Shown one piece after another: positions 38,434 through 48,232 of a DNA stretch of 64,000 nucleotides. The notes under the pieces are model-generated. The model saw nothing but the letters and a program-made list of their open reading frames with translations, was not told the origin of the DNA and did no database searches. The translations under genes were made by a program, and so were the position numbers. The number at the start of each line of letters is the position of its first letter. Position 1 is the stretch's first letter. This DNA is from a virus. Location of the stretch: positions 96,001 to 160,000 of IMG/VR virus record IMGVR_UViG_3300006750_000002; one strand, 5' to 3'.

Positions 38434-39807
38434 ATGAGTTTTACAAGTTTATTAAACGAGGTTAGAGAGATATTAGAACAAGAGTTGTCACGTCTGGATG
38501 TGATGATGGATAGGTACACCAAACCTAAGAAAAAGAATAATGGGAAAGTAATTCCAGCAAAAATACCAAAAGAGACACTTATAAAATTAATTTTAGGTGA
38601 CCCCACTAGTAGATACGAGGGGGACGGTGAAGACCGGGACCCTCATCTGATGGACGAGATAAAAGTCCAAAAAGTAGGGAAATACACTCAGTGGATAATT
38701 AAATTGTGGTTAGAATTACAACAAAAAGCTCAAGAAGAACATGAGTATTCCCCACAACCTAATTCACCTTACCAGACCAACCTTAACCAATTACAAAAAC
38801 TATTTTTAGAAGACCTGTACAAAACAACTGAAGATTTAATTAAGTTTGATAGGTTTAAAAGCCAAATAGACGCTAGTAAAAGAGATATTAATAAAATTTC
38901 TTCAACAGATGAATTATATGTATTAACAAAAGATTTCTCATTAGAAAAAGCAACGAGCACTAAAGCTGAACAAAAAGAAAAAAGAAAACGTGAGGATGTA
39001 AAGTATCTATATGATGGAAATAGGTGGGAAGTGGTAGCACCCAAAACCAAAGCAGTAAGTTGTGATATGGCTGGAGCACCCTTAACCAGATGGTGTACCG
39101 CTTCGGCCAATTACAGTTATTTTGAAAGATATAACCCCCAAGGACCCTTATACATAATAAGAGATAAGAATGATATTGTAACTTCTGGGGGTAAAGGAGA
39201 AGGTGAACCAAGACCTAAATATCAGTTCCATTTCCCATCCAACCAGTATATGGACCAAGACGATAGAAGTGTTAATCTAGAACAGCTGTTGACCACTGGT
39301 GGAGAACTAGAAGAACTAAAGGGATTCTTTAAACACGAATTTGCAAAAGCTCTTAACAAAGACTTTGGTGACCAAGTACAAATAAACTATCCTGGTGACC
39401 AGATATCTAGATTTATAGGTCTTTATGGTTTCGAGGAATTCTTAGATAAGTTACCGAAGTCTTTAAAAAGGTTTGATTTTGAAAAAAGCAAAAATAGAGC
39501 TTACGGGGATAAGAAAGATAAACTACCTGCACAACCCCTACATCCTAAAATTTTAAATTTTCCTAACTTAGAGGTGTTACACATTGAAGGATTATTAAGT
39601 GAACTACCTGAAGATATTAGTAAATTACAAAATCTAATATTTATTTCTATACCTGACAATCCATCGTTAAAAACTTTACCAGAGTCATTAGCTGACTTAC
39701 CTAAGTTAGAAGTTTTAAATGTTAGATTTAACCCTAATCTAAAAATAGGGCCTAGAGTCCAAGAGATGATAGATGGGGGAGATGTGGTATTGATAGAGGG
39801 AGGGTAG
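38434..39807 (+). CDS. 'WCTA'-family protein with C-terminal leucine-rich repeats
   Basis: KYTQW, RDINKI and WEVVAPKTKAVSC...TRWCTA core; LRRs LEVLHIEG..LSELPEDISKLQNL and LKTLPESLADLPKLEVL; TATTTATA at 38406. Confidence 0.75.
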   Translation: MSFTSLLNEVREILEQELSRLDVMMDRYTKPKKKNNGKVIPAKIPKETLIKLILGDPTSRYEGDGEDRDPHLMDEIKVQKVGKYTQWIIKLWLELQQKAQEEHEYSPQPNSPYQTNLNQLQKLFLEDLYKTTEDLIKFDRFKSQIDASKRDINKISSTDELYVLTKDFSLEKATSTKAEQKEKRKREDVKYLYDGNRWEVVAPKTKAVSCDMAGAPLTRWCTASANYSYFERYNPQGPLYIIRDKNDIVTSGGKGEGEPRPKYQFHFPSNQYMDQDDRSVNLEQLLTTGGELEELKGFFKHEFAKALNKDFGDQVQINYPGDQISRFIGLYGFEEFLDKLPKSLKRFDFEKSKNRAYGDKKDKLPAQPLHPKILNFPNLEVLHIEGLLSELPEDISKLQNLIFISIPDNPSLKTLPESLADLPKLEVLNVRFNPNLKIGPRVQEMIDGGDVVLIEGG

Positions 39808-39949
39808 GAGTTGATTCACTCCTGGTCAGTAGTTTTTACAAACAACTAAAATATCTTTCACCCCTATCACATAGTATGGTTAAAGTCTAGTTTATCTTGA
39901 TAAGTAATTTATTCTTAACTATTATTAACTCATAAAATATTTATATGAT

Positions 39950-40285
39950 ATGGATGTGGATGTAGAGATATATTGTAAAAACTTAAAAGCGTTTTTCACC
40001 AATAACCCTAACAGTAAAGAAGAATTAATGTCGAGTGTTCCTGGAGTTACCTTTGCTAGTTTTATGGGAAGAGTGAGTGTAGTTGCTGGGAAAAACTTTA
40101 AAAAGGGTGGGGACCCATCGTTAACTAGAAAACAACTATTAGACACATTAAATGACCTGTATTTGGAATATGTGGAAGAAAATCATCTAGAACTCTCTAA
40201 AGAAGTGGGAATGGTGGAAACATCACCACTTAACGAAGATAAAATATTCCAAACCTTCAAAGGATTTAATATAGGGCTTAACTAA
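39950..40285 (+). CDS. Hypothetical protein
   Basis: 111 aa; TATTTATA 4 nt before the ATG. Confidence 0.7.
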   Translation: MDVDVEIYCKNLKAFFTNNPNSKEELMSSVPGVTFASFMGRVSVVAGKNFKKGGDPSLTRKQLLDTLNDLYLEYVEENHLELSKEVGMVETSPLNEDKIFQTFKGFNIGLN

Positions 40286-40293
40286 TAAGATTT

Positions 40294-40800
40294 TTAGGTT
40301 GATTTTGCTTGTATGACTATCCAGTTGTTACTGTCTGACCATACAGCACATCCGTTGTACGCCTTATTTATCCCGTAAGACGCAACACCATCGATAGTCT
40401 GCCCAACTGGAGCTGTGATATCAACAGTGTTTGAGGCCGATACTGTTCCATCATTTACGAATCTGATGAATCTATATGGTGTCTCAGCTGCGGAGGGTAA
40501 TGTTAATGTGTGGGTCCCCGAACCCCCTGTCCATGACATATACACCATATCGTTACTGGCAGTATATAAAGAACTACCCCCAGGACCTACCGACAAAAGA
40601 TAAGGCACAAGTGTCGAAAGGCAAGGTGCTATCATATCACAAGGGAATGGTTCAGGTTCAGGTAGGCAATTTAAATATTCTTGTGTGAAAGCAGAATATC
40701 TTTGTGGTGTAGAACTTAATCTCTTAAGTTCCTCACATGGTCCCCAGCTACAACCATAATACTTGTTACCTAACTGATTTAACCAATCGAGATTATCCAT
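40294..40800 (-). CDS. Small tail-fibre-like structural protein
   Basis: C-terminal TLTLPSA...GQTIDGVASYGINKAYNGCAVWSDSNNWIVI resembles phage fibre beta modules. Confidence 0.5.
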   Translation of the reverse strand: MDNLDWLNQLGNKYYGCSWGPCEELKRLSSTPQRYSAFTQEYLNCLPEPEPFPCDMIAPCLSTLVPYLLSVGPGGSSLYTASNDMVYMSWTGGSGTHTLTLPSAAETPYRFIRFVNDGTVSASNTVDITAPVGQTIDGVASYGINKAYNGCAVWSDSNNWIVIQAKST

Positions 40801-40817
40801 ATCTATAAATCCTTGCG

Positions 40818-42485
40818 TTACATTCTACTTAATTCACCTCTAACCCAAGGTTCGTGATTAGGGCCTAAAGTATAAACAAACTGTCTACCTTGTCTTTCCA
40901 TTTTCACTATCCCAGAGTTGTTTATAACTGCAAAAAATTCAGAGTTGTGCCCTGGGGTATAAGTTCTCCCTATAGAATCATAAAATTCTTTTCTAGTCTT
41001 CCCAGGGTTATTTTTAACAAAGTCCACAAATAATTGAGTTAATGAACCTTCTTTAGGGGGGTATTTAAAAGTTAAAGGTGTATTATATCTATTAGGTTCC
41101 CACAATTTTTTCTGTTCTTGTGTCATTTCTTTAATCTCAGGTCGAGATAATAGGTACCTTAAGTTCGGTAATAAAATATTATTTAAGAAACTTTTTTCGG
41201 GTCTTGGCACCCATGAGTTCCACTCCTTGTCTAGAAATGTATTTTTAAAACGGTCTTTTTCTGGTAAACCTAACCTATCCCCTATAACTTCCTTATAACC
41301 ATCTCTACGTGAAGCCTCAACAATTTTCTCAGGAAGGATTCTAAAATACCAACCAATGCCCTCAACCAAGTCGTTTTCTTCTGTAGGTGTTATCACTCGG
41401 TCAAAGTCGGATACAATTATCTCATACTCCCCATCAACAAAGAGCTCAACACCTATAGGGGTCGTATAAATTTTATCTCCCGTGTGCTTTACGTACCATT
41501 CATGACGACCTGACACTTCAAGTTCCCAGGTACCACTTTCTGTATTAAATTTAATTTTTTGACCCAGTAGTTTATCCGTTATTGAGTTAACAAATTGATT
41601 TAGAGACATATTCCCAACATTAGAGTTTGCTAACTCTTCATAATATTTTGATTCTTTTTCATATAAATCAGTTATTACTTTTTTAGCTGTATTTGGTAAC
41701 ATGTTAGTAACTATATCCCCAACCCTACTATTCAGCCTATTATCCTGCATATCAAACCACTCGTCATCTCGTGGTGAATCTAAAGTTTTTTTACCTGTCT
41801 TATGGTTAGTATGTAAAGATGGGAACTTTTTAAAAAGAGCTATTTTATACCCTGAACTAGAATCTTTCTTTATTAGATAATATAAAACACCCAGTTTTGA
41901 ATAATGGTCAAATTGGGAACTATTATTTTTCATGGCGGTACACCATTTGGTGTTAGCACCGTAATAACAAGAAGCTCCATGACTTTTTGGCCTAATTATT
42001 ATCCAGTTATCGTCTTCATATACCCTATCTACTTCTTTTTTTAGTTCTTTCTCTTTTTGTCTTTTACTGGTCGACGTACTCAGTTCATCTACTATAAATT
42101 CTAATTCATTTATATTTGCATATGAATTTATATCTTTAGGTGATTTTTTTACGATAGGGCTAACACTTAATTGGTTATACATAAATTCAGGGGTCAACCT
42201 ACTTAAGTTTGCATCAAACTTTTGTACCACAGAATAAATGTCTAGAGGGTTTATGCCACCTTCACCTAGGTAAGTGTCGACCATCCATCTTAAATATTTA
42301 TGGTTGCCTGATGGGTCATTATCCACAAAAACTTGAAATCTTTCCTCTAAATCGACACCCTGTAAAAAGTGATGGTAAGGATTACCAGGTTCTGTGTAAG
42401 GCCATGACTCACCTATTTGGTTTTTAAAGAAATTCTTAACATCTTCTAACCTTCCTTCTAATAATATGTGTTTGTTATATCTCAT
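40818..42485 (-). CDS. 'WCTA'-family protein
   Basis: DPSGNHKYLRW, KDINSY and WIIIRPKSHGASCYYGANTKWCTA. Confidence 0.75.
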   Translation of the reverse strand: MRYNKHILLEGRLEDVKNFFKNQIGESWPYTEPGNPYHHFLQGVDLEERFQVFVDNDPSGNHKYLRWMVDTYLGEGGINPLDIYSVVQKFDANLSRLTPEFMYNQLSVSPIVKKSPKDINSYANINELEFIVDELSTSTSKRQKEKELKKEVDRVYEDDNWIIIRPKSHGASCYYGANTKWCTAMKNNSSQFDHYSKLGVLYYLIKKDSSSGYKIALFKKFPSLHTNHKTGKKTLDSPRDDEWFDMQDNRLNSRVGDIVTNMLPNTAKKVITDLYEKESKYYEELANSNVGNMSLNQFVNSITDKLLGQKIKFNTESGTWELEVSGRHEWYVKHTGDKIYTTPIGVELFVDGEYEIIVSDFDRVITPTEENDLVEGIGWYFRILPEKIVEASRRDGYKEVIGDRLGLPEKDRFKNTFLDKEWNSWVPRPEKSFLNNILLPNLRYLLSRPEIKEMTQEQKKLWEPNRYNTPLTFKYPPKEGSLTQLFVDFVKNNPGKTRKEFYDSIGRTYTPGHNSEFFAVINNSGIVKMERQGRQFVYTLGPNHEPWVRGELSRM

Positions 42486-42486
42486 T

Positions 42487-44232
42487 TTACCCTATTCTAT
42501 AAATATAAAACCATTCACCATCATAAAATACTTCACGTTCTTCACCATCATAACCCGCAAGACCATTTCCTCTACCGTCAGAGGATACAACCTCTCTCAC
42601 AAATTCATCTTCGTCTATAAAATGGGTAATATCTAACCCATACATTTCTATATACTCCATAGGGTCACTTCTGACCTCATCTAATTTAACCTCTACCGCA
42701 TTTTCTATATCCTCTTCTGTCCATTCATAATTGTCCTCGTCTTCTTTAATTTCTTCTTGTCGTTCCTCTAATGCCTCTATTTGGTCTTGAATATATTCTT
42801 TATCCACTTCTCTTTCCACTTCTTCTAATTCATACCCGTGGTCTGCTATCTGTTCGTCTATAGCTTCTAATTGGTCTTTAAAATACTGGGTCATTACTTT
42901 ATCCTCTTCATCTAAATAACTCTCAGGACTTTCTTCCACATCTTCTCTAATAAAGTCTTCTACATACCTAGCAACATCATCACCATCTATGTAATTGGAA
43001 TAAAAATCCAGGCTAAAACCTTCATACCCAACGTCCTCAACTAAACTTCTTACTTGTTCTTCAGCAGCGTCATTAGCTTCATCATCATCACCTATCGAAT
43101 ATTCACCCCCACCATATTCAAATACAGGTAATTCACCATAGTGAGAGTGTCCCTCATACATGATATCGTAAACTGAAGAAGTATTTTCCCTTTCTTCTTC
43201 CAGTTCTTCCTCTAAATTATTTAAATCTTCACCATATTCTTGAGCTCTTTCACCATTAATATCTTCAATTACTTCAGGGTCATTTTCCATGTCGATACGA
43301 AGGTCTGCAATCTGTTCCTCCAAAGAGGATATCTCCTCACTATTATCTTCCCACTCACCTTCATCTTTTAAGTATTCCATTAATGCGTTAGCTCTTACAC
43401 CTATAGAGTCTGTATCTTCTGGGTTCCATTCATTGCCCTCTTTCCGTGATTCTGCTTGAGCACTTAATAGTCTTATTCTTTCTCTTCTACGTTGGGCCCA
43501 TTCATTTTGTCTTGCCTGTCTCTCCAACTCCATAGCTTTTATCTCAGCACTAATGGCTTCTATTTGGTCTTTATAAGTGTACTCAAAGAAACTTTCTATA
43601 GCACCCATCAAAGGATGTTTTAAAATATACTCTATGGGTGTTGTGTCACTAATTAAGTTATCTGGGGCATCATAAAAACTTTTACCTCCCCTATATGTTT
43701 TATTTAATGCTATTTTATAGTAGGGATTAGAAGTAGGTAATGTTTTATCTAATATGTAAAAAAGTTTACCTTCTTTGTTATAATTTTTAAAGTGGGAAGG
43801 TTTGTCTGTAGATGCGGTACACCATTTTGTGCCCCTACCATAATAACAAGATGAGTCATGAGATTCTGGAACTACTACCTTAAAACGGTCATCTTCGTAA
43901 ATGACTTCAGATTGTTCGTGAGTATCGATAACTCTTTGTCGTTCTTTTAACTTAACTAAAACTTGATTTAGTTCATGATAATCCTTATATGAGTATAAAT
44001 CTTTTTTGGATAAGTTATTCCTTTTTCTATCAAAAGATTCTACAGTGTCCAGTAACATTTCTAAGTAAATGTCGTTTTGAATTGTAGAATTAGTATAGTC
44101 TCTAGCAATCCACTCCAAATATTTCTGGTTATTTGCTATAGTACCACTCCCAGTTACCATCTTATCCCAGATGTCTAAGGGTATATTATACTTTTCTTTT
44201 ACTCTTGATATTCTATTTTCTACTAGCAGCAT
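42487..44232 (-). CDS. 'WCTA'-family protein with a very acidic C-terminal half
   Basis: KYLEW, KDLYSY and FKVVVPESHDSSCYYGRGTKWCTA; TATTTATA at 44247-44254 (minus). Confidence 0.75.
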   Translation of the reverse strand: MLLVENRISRVKEKYNIPLDIWDKMVTGSGTIANNQKYLEWIARDYTNSTIQNDIYLEMLLDTVESFDRKRNNLSKKDLYSYKDYHELNQVLVKLKERQRVIDTHEQSEVIYEDDRFKVVVPESHDSSCYYGRGTKWCTASTDKPSHFKNYNKEGKLFYILDKTLPTSNPYYKIALNKTYRGGKSFYDAPDNLISDTTPIEYILKHPLMGAIESFFEYTYKDQIEAISAEIKAMELERQARQNEWAQRRRERIRLLSAQAESRKEGNEWNPEDTDSIGVRANALMEYLKDEGEWEDNSEEISSLEEQIADLRIDMENDPEVIEDINGERAQEYGEDLNNLEEELEEERENTSSVYDIMYEGHSHYGELPVFEYGGGEYSIGDDDEANDAAEEQVRSLVEDVGYEGFSLDFYSNYIDGDDVARYVEDFIREDVEESPESYLDEEDKVMTQYFKDQLEAIDEQIADHGYELEEVEREVDKEYIQDQIEALEERQEEIKEDEDNYEWTEEDIENAVEVKLDEVRSDPMEYIEMYGLDITHFIDEDEFVREVVSSDGRGNGLAGYDGEEREVFYDGEWFYIYRIG

Positions 44233-44325
44233 TCTTTACTTTAACTTATAAATACCTATCTTCTTTATCGTTTACTATTGTAACTTCTCTTCTTGTAATA
44301 TAAATACTTATAAAAGTGGTATCGT

Positions 44326-44907
44326 ATGGATAATAACAAATCATATATAACGGGATTCATCATAACAGTATTTTTTTTAATGATTTTGATGATTTACAAG
44401 ACTAATAAAGAAAATAATAATATTTACACACCAAGTTACGTGGACTCTTTACATCTGCAAATGCATATAAAAGATTCCACAATTAGGCATTTTAATACCT
44501 ACATACCTTTTGGGTCACCATTAGACAGCCTTATTATTAGTAGTGACTTTGGGTCGAGGGTACACCCCATCAGTAAACATAAGAAGTTCCATGAAGGGTT
44601 AGACTTAAGGGGGGGTTATAGTGATACCGTATATTGTACCGCGGCAGGGATAGTTATGGAAGCGAGGAGAAAAGGAGGTTATGGTAAACATGTGATGATA
44701 AACCATAATAACGGTTATCAGACAGTATATGCTCATCTAAGTCAAATACTAGTTAAAAAGGGACAACACGTAACGGATACCACCCCAATAGGTAAGGTTG
44801 GGAATACGGGGATTAGTACGGGTTGTCATCTACACTATGAAATAATTAAAGATGGTGAAAAGATTAATCCAGAAGATTTACTTTACAAAGAAATAGATAA
44901 GTTGTAA
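44326..44907 (+). CDS. Membrane-anchored M23 family peptidoglycan endopeptidase
   Basis: N-terminal TM; HEGLD (HxxxD), YAHLS, GISTGCHLHYE (HxH). Confidence 0.9.
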   Translation: MDNNKSYITGFIITVFFLMILMIYKTNKENNNIYTPSYVDSLHLQMHIKDSTIRHFNTYIPFGSPLDSLIISSDFGSRVHPISKHKKFHEGLDLRGGYSDTVYCTAAGIVMEARRKGGYGKHVMINHNNGYQTVYAHLSQILVKKGQHVTDTTPIGKVGNTGISTGCHLHYEIIKDGEKINPEDLLYKEIDKL

Positions 44908-44947
44908 TATTTATCGGTATAATAAAAGGATTTTAAGACAAAAAACT

Positions 44948-45169
44948 ATGCAAGAACATGAATTACCAATGAAGGAGACTGATAACTCTTTAGAAATTAC
45001 ATTATGTGGAAAGGGAAGTTGTAAATGTCCCGCGGTTGACATTCACACTGACCGTGATGATGTTATAATTGGAGGTGACGATGAAGGATTTACTACATTC
45101 ACAAAAGAACAATTTGAGTTATTAGTGAACGAAGTTAAAAACGGCAGATTCGACAAATACATCAAATAA
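44948..45169 (+). CDS. Small protein resembling DUF397
   Basis: CGKGSCKCPAVDI...VIIG...FTKEQFELLVNEVKNGRF resembles the DUF397 pattern (S..G.CVEV...FT...F...VK.G.F). Confidence 0.45.
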   Translation: MQEHELPMKETDNSLEITLCGKGSCKCPAVDIHTDRDDVIIGGDDEGFTTFTKEQFELLVNEVKNGRFDKYIK

Positions 45170-45170
45170 G

Positions 45171-45308
45171 ATGGGGTGTGGTTGTAAAAAAAATAAAGGA
45201 ACTGGTAAATCTAATGGTAAGTTAGGCAGTAAAAATATGCAAGAACTTATAAGGGAAAAGATTACTGAACAAATTAACAAAAACACAAATTTAAAGAAAG
45301 GGGTATAA
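45171..45308 (+). CDS. 45-aa basic peptide starting MGCGCKK
   Basis: Hand-translated MGCGCKKNKGTGKSNGKLGSKNMQELIREKITEQINKNTNLKKGV; starts 1 nt after the previous stop and ends in a terminator. Confidence 0.65.
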   Translation: MGCGCKKNKGTGKSNGKLGSKNMQELIREKITEQINKNTNLKKGV

Positions 45309-45320
45309 ATCCCCTTTTTT
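45297..45320 (+). terminator. Intrinsic terminator
   Basis: AAAGGGG-TATAAAT-CCCCTTT-TTT. Confidence 0.7.
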
Positions 45321-45344
45321 ATTGCCCACAAACTATTTATGGGT

Positions 45345-46451
45345 ATGAAATTACTTCATACAGTGCAAACACTAGTAGAACAAAAAGAACAACCTTTTTG
45401 GGTTAAAACAGCGCTGGAGAGTTGGTATTGGGCAGACATTGCGGAAACTGTTAAATTATTTGGTGGTGACCTACATGAATATTATAAAGCTCTAGACAGT
45501 AGAGGTTTGGGTGAAGAGTTCTTAAATCAAATTGGTCACTGGGACGAATCCCCTAATTTTTATATTATAGAAGCTTTAGGGGGTAGAAAGGCACTAAATA
45601 GTGGAACCATGGATACGGATTTAGTTATAAAATACGTGGTAGATAACATAATAGAAAACGAGATTACCGATTTAAATAAATCCCAAGTAGACGGAAAGAC
45701 GTACCTTACGTTAGACATGTACGACAAATCATTATTTTTTGACGAGGGAAATTTCGGTAGTGACACAAGTTGTGAACAAATAGCGGAATTAATTTTCCAA
45801 GACAAGCTTTGGGAGTCGTGGCTCGACTTTAGGAGGCCTTGGACCGCAGACTTGAATGAGTTAGTAGACAACCTAACTCTAGAAAACTATAGGTTGTTAT
45901 TAACTGAAATAATGCATAATAATAAAACCTTAACTTGTTTTAGGGAAGAATTTGAATGGTGGGTCGAAGAAGATAATATAGGTGATGATACTTTTTATCT
46001 TGACCCTTCTCGTATGAATAGTTTTTTAAATGACGATGACAGGTACAATTTTGTTGTATTATTGGAATGTGCGGATGGGTTAGAAGATTATGCGGAGGAA
46101 CTAAAAGGGTCTTACAATCTAGCATATAATGAAGAATTAGAATCACAATATTATAATGAGTACCACAAAGCATTAGAAGAATTACTAGGTAAACCTGTAG
46201 GTACAGACAAAACATACGAGTACAGAGGTAAAGAAAAAATCGAACTTGAAGCGGACGTTTACGACGTTACAGACTTAGTAAATCGCACACTAATCTCCGT
46301 AGCTTCAGATGATGTGGAAATGGGACACTCCAATTTCGGCGAGATTTATAGAAGTGAAGTGGAAGGGTTATGTCCTGGTGATTTCGATGAAGTTTATGAT
46401 GACGAAAAACTTTGGGCAAGATATAATGAGTTAATCTATGAATCCGTATAA
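45345..46451 (+). CDS. Acidic hypothetical late protein
   Basis: D/E-rich; N-terminus MKLLHTVQTLVEQ; TATTTATG 3 nt before the ATG at 45345 (alternative ATG at 45339). Confidence 0.7.
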   Translation: MKLLHTVQTLVEQKEQPFWVKTALESWYWADIAETVKLFGGDLHEYYKALDSRGLGEEFLNQIGHWDESPNFYIIEALGGRKALNSGTMDTDLVIKYVVDNIIENEITDLNKSQVDGKTYLTLDMYDKSLFFDEGNFGSDTSCEQIAELIFQDKLWESWLDFRRPWTADLNELVDNLTLENYRLLLTEIMHNNKTLTCFREEFEWWVEEDNIGDDTFYLDPSRMNSFLNDDDRYNFVVLLECADGLEDYAEELKGSYNLAYNEELESQYYNEYHKALEELLGKPVGTDKTYEYRGKEKIELEADVYDVTDLVNRTLISVASDDVEMGHSNFGEIYRSEVEGLCPGDFDEVYDDEKLWARYNELIYESV

Positions 46452-46467
46452 TCATAAACAATATAAT

Positions 46468-47304
46468 ATGAAACTAAAACAGATTTATTTAGAGAGTGAA
46501 GAGTACTATCACGACATTGTTACAAAAAAGACAATATACTTACACCATACCGCTGGAAGCCATAGACCTGACTGGACCGTAGCTAACTGGGAAAGAGATA
46601 AAACTAAAAGTGGTGAAGTGAGACATATCGCCACTGCCTATGTTATAGGAGGTAAATCAACCAGAGATGGGAATACTAAATGGGATGGTACCGTTATAGA
46701 ATGTCACCCACCAGAAAAGTGGGCACACCACCTGGGAATCAAAGCAAGAAATAATAGAACATTAAATAAAGAAAGTATTGGGATTGAGATATGTAACTAT
46801 GGACCTATTAAAGTTAAAGATGGGGAGTACTTCAACTATGTTAATAGTAGGGTACCTAAAGAAGACGTTATTGACTTAGGTTTTACCTTTAAAGGATATA
46901 ATCACTATCACGCTTATACTAATTCACAAATAGAGTCCACAAGACAACTTATCCATTACCTAAGTGATAAGTTTAAGATAGATGTCGCTAAAGGGATGAA
47001 AAGAATCATAAATAAATCCTTAAAGATGCCAACAGACCTAGATTTATTAGGTAACCAAAAATGGTTAAATATCCAAGGATATCTAGGAGCTAACGGTAGG
47101 GTATTAGCGGAAGATGGAGTAGATGGGAGAAATACACAATACGCTGTAGATTCTTATCTTCATGACAAAAAAGGAGATGCTTTTGCATTGAATAAACAAG
47201 CTTTAGTTGGAGCGGAAGGAGTATGGACACATACTAATGTAAGAAAGGATAAATTTGACCTGTCCCCACAACCTAAGTTAATTGAAATGTTAAGTGAATT
47301 ATAA
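46468..47304 (+). CDS. N-acetylmuramoyl-L-alanine amidase (Amidase_2) with an inserted peptidoglycan-binding-like segment; probable endolysin
   Basis: LHHTAG, SIGIE, THTN and KDKFD motifs; LAEDGVDGRNTQYAV resembles PG_binding_1. Confidence 0.85.
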   Translation: MKLKQIYLESEEYYHDIVTKKTIYLHHTAGSHRPDWTVANWERDKTKSGEVRHIATAYVIGGKSTRDGNTKWDGTVIECHPPEKWAHHLGIKARNNRTLNKESIGIEICNYGPIKVKDGEYFNYVNSRVPKEDVIDLGFTFKGYNHYHAYTNSQIESTRQLIHYLSDKFKIDVAKGMKRIINKSLKMPTDLDLLGNQKWLNIQGYLGANGRVLAEDGVDGRNTQYAVDSYLHDKKGDAFALNKQALVGAEGVWTHTNVRKDKFDLSPQPKLIEMLSEL

Positions 47305-47359
47305 ACCTTAAAGGTTTACGCTTAACATTTACTTGTGTATAATTTATAAAAGATAACTT

Positions 47360-47560
47360 ATGAAAATAATTACACACAAATTTAGAAGACAAAATAACGA
47401 CATCGTCTACTTAGTGAATCTAGTAGATGTTACGGGACACCCCCTCAAAAGTTTAATGGCTAAAAATAAAGAAGAGTGTATTGTTCTTGCGGATACTCTA
47501 GCTGTAGAAAATGGGATAATGAACGTACTACATAACCCAGGGTATTCAATAGTGGAGTAA
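47360..47560 (+). CDS. Small hypothetical protein
   Basis: 66 aa; TTTACG-N17-TATAAT at 47315-47343 upstream. Confidence 0.6.
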   Translation: MKIITHKFRRQNNDIVYLVNLVDVTGHPLKSLMAKNKEECIVLADTLAVENGIMNVLHNPGYSIVE

Positions 47561-47736
47561 TGTCACAACAATTATTAAATAAAAAAATAGAAAAAGTGAT
47601 AGATAAATTAAGGATATCACAAGCGGAGAAAGACGAAAAGTCAATTCAAAAGTACATAAACGAGTTAAATGAGTTATGGGACGAATCCAGTGAAGAAATG
47701 AAAAAAAATGCTCGTATAGATGGTTTCGATGTGTAG
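47560..47736 (+). CDS. 58-aa helical hypothetical protein
   Basis: Hand-translated MSQQLLNKKIEKVIDKLRISQAEKDEKSIQKYINELNELWDESSEEMKKNARIDGFDV; TAATG stop/start overlap. Confidence 0.6.
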   Translation: MSQQLLNKKIEKVIDKLRISQAEKDEKSIQKYINELNELWDESSEEMKKNARIDGFDV

Positions 47737-47755
47737 ACCATCAAAACTATTTTAA

Positions 47756-47977
47756 ATGGAAAAAAAAGAAAAACTGAGAAGTTTAGTTTCTCAAAAAGAT
47801 AAAATCACTAAAGAAATAGAACAAATTCAAAGTGAATGTTCTCATTCAGATAAACACATAAAATTTGTAGGTGACGATAAAGGAAGTGCTACTAAACCCA
47901 TGTGGGTTTGTAAATTATGTGAAAAAGTACTAAACCTACCAGCACAAAAAGAAATAGAAACTTGGATGAAGAAATAA
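47756..47977 (+). CDS. Small coiled-coil + zinc-finger-like protein
   Basis: CSH...WVCKLC. Confidence 0.6.
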   Translation: MEKKEKLRSLVSQKDKITKEIEQIQSECSHSDKHIKFVGDDKGSATKPMWVCKLCEKVLNLPAQKEIETWMKK

Positions 47978-48043
47978 AGTTTAATTACCTAGAACATAAT
48001 AAGTAATTTTTTTATATTTATATAACCACAACAATAAGATTAT

Positions 48044-48232
48044 ATGTTAATAGTAAAAGTACAAAAAAACAATATAGAAAGAGCTCTTAAAGAGATGAAG
48101 AGAAAGGTAATTAATACACAAATCCTAAAAGAGTGTAGGGAAAGAAAACATTTCACCAAACCATCAATTATCCGCAGAGATGAAATTCAAAAAGCGAGTT
48201 ACGTACAAAAAAAGTTTGGGGACGAAGATTAA
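48044..48232 (+). CDS. rpsU: Phage-encoded ribosomal protein bS21
   Basis: MLIVKV...NIERALKEMKRK...RERKHFTKPSIIRR.EIQKASYVQ closely matches Bacteroidota bS21; TATTTATA at 48015-48022. Confidence 0.9.
   Translation: MLIVKVQKNNIERALKEMKRKVINTQILKECRERKHFTKPSIIRRDEIQKASYVQKKFGDED

Noticed and set aside
46438-46500. MKLKQIYLESE as a capsid-targeting leader
   Set aside because: It reads as the ordinary N-terminus of the amidase domain, and no TATTTATA motif precedes it.
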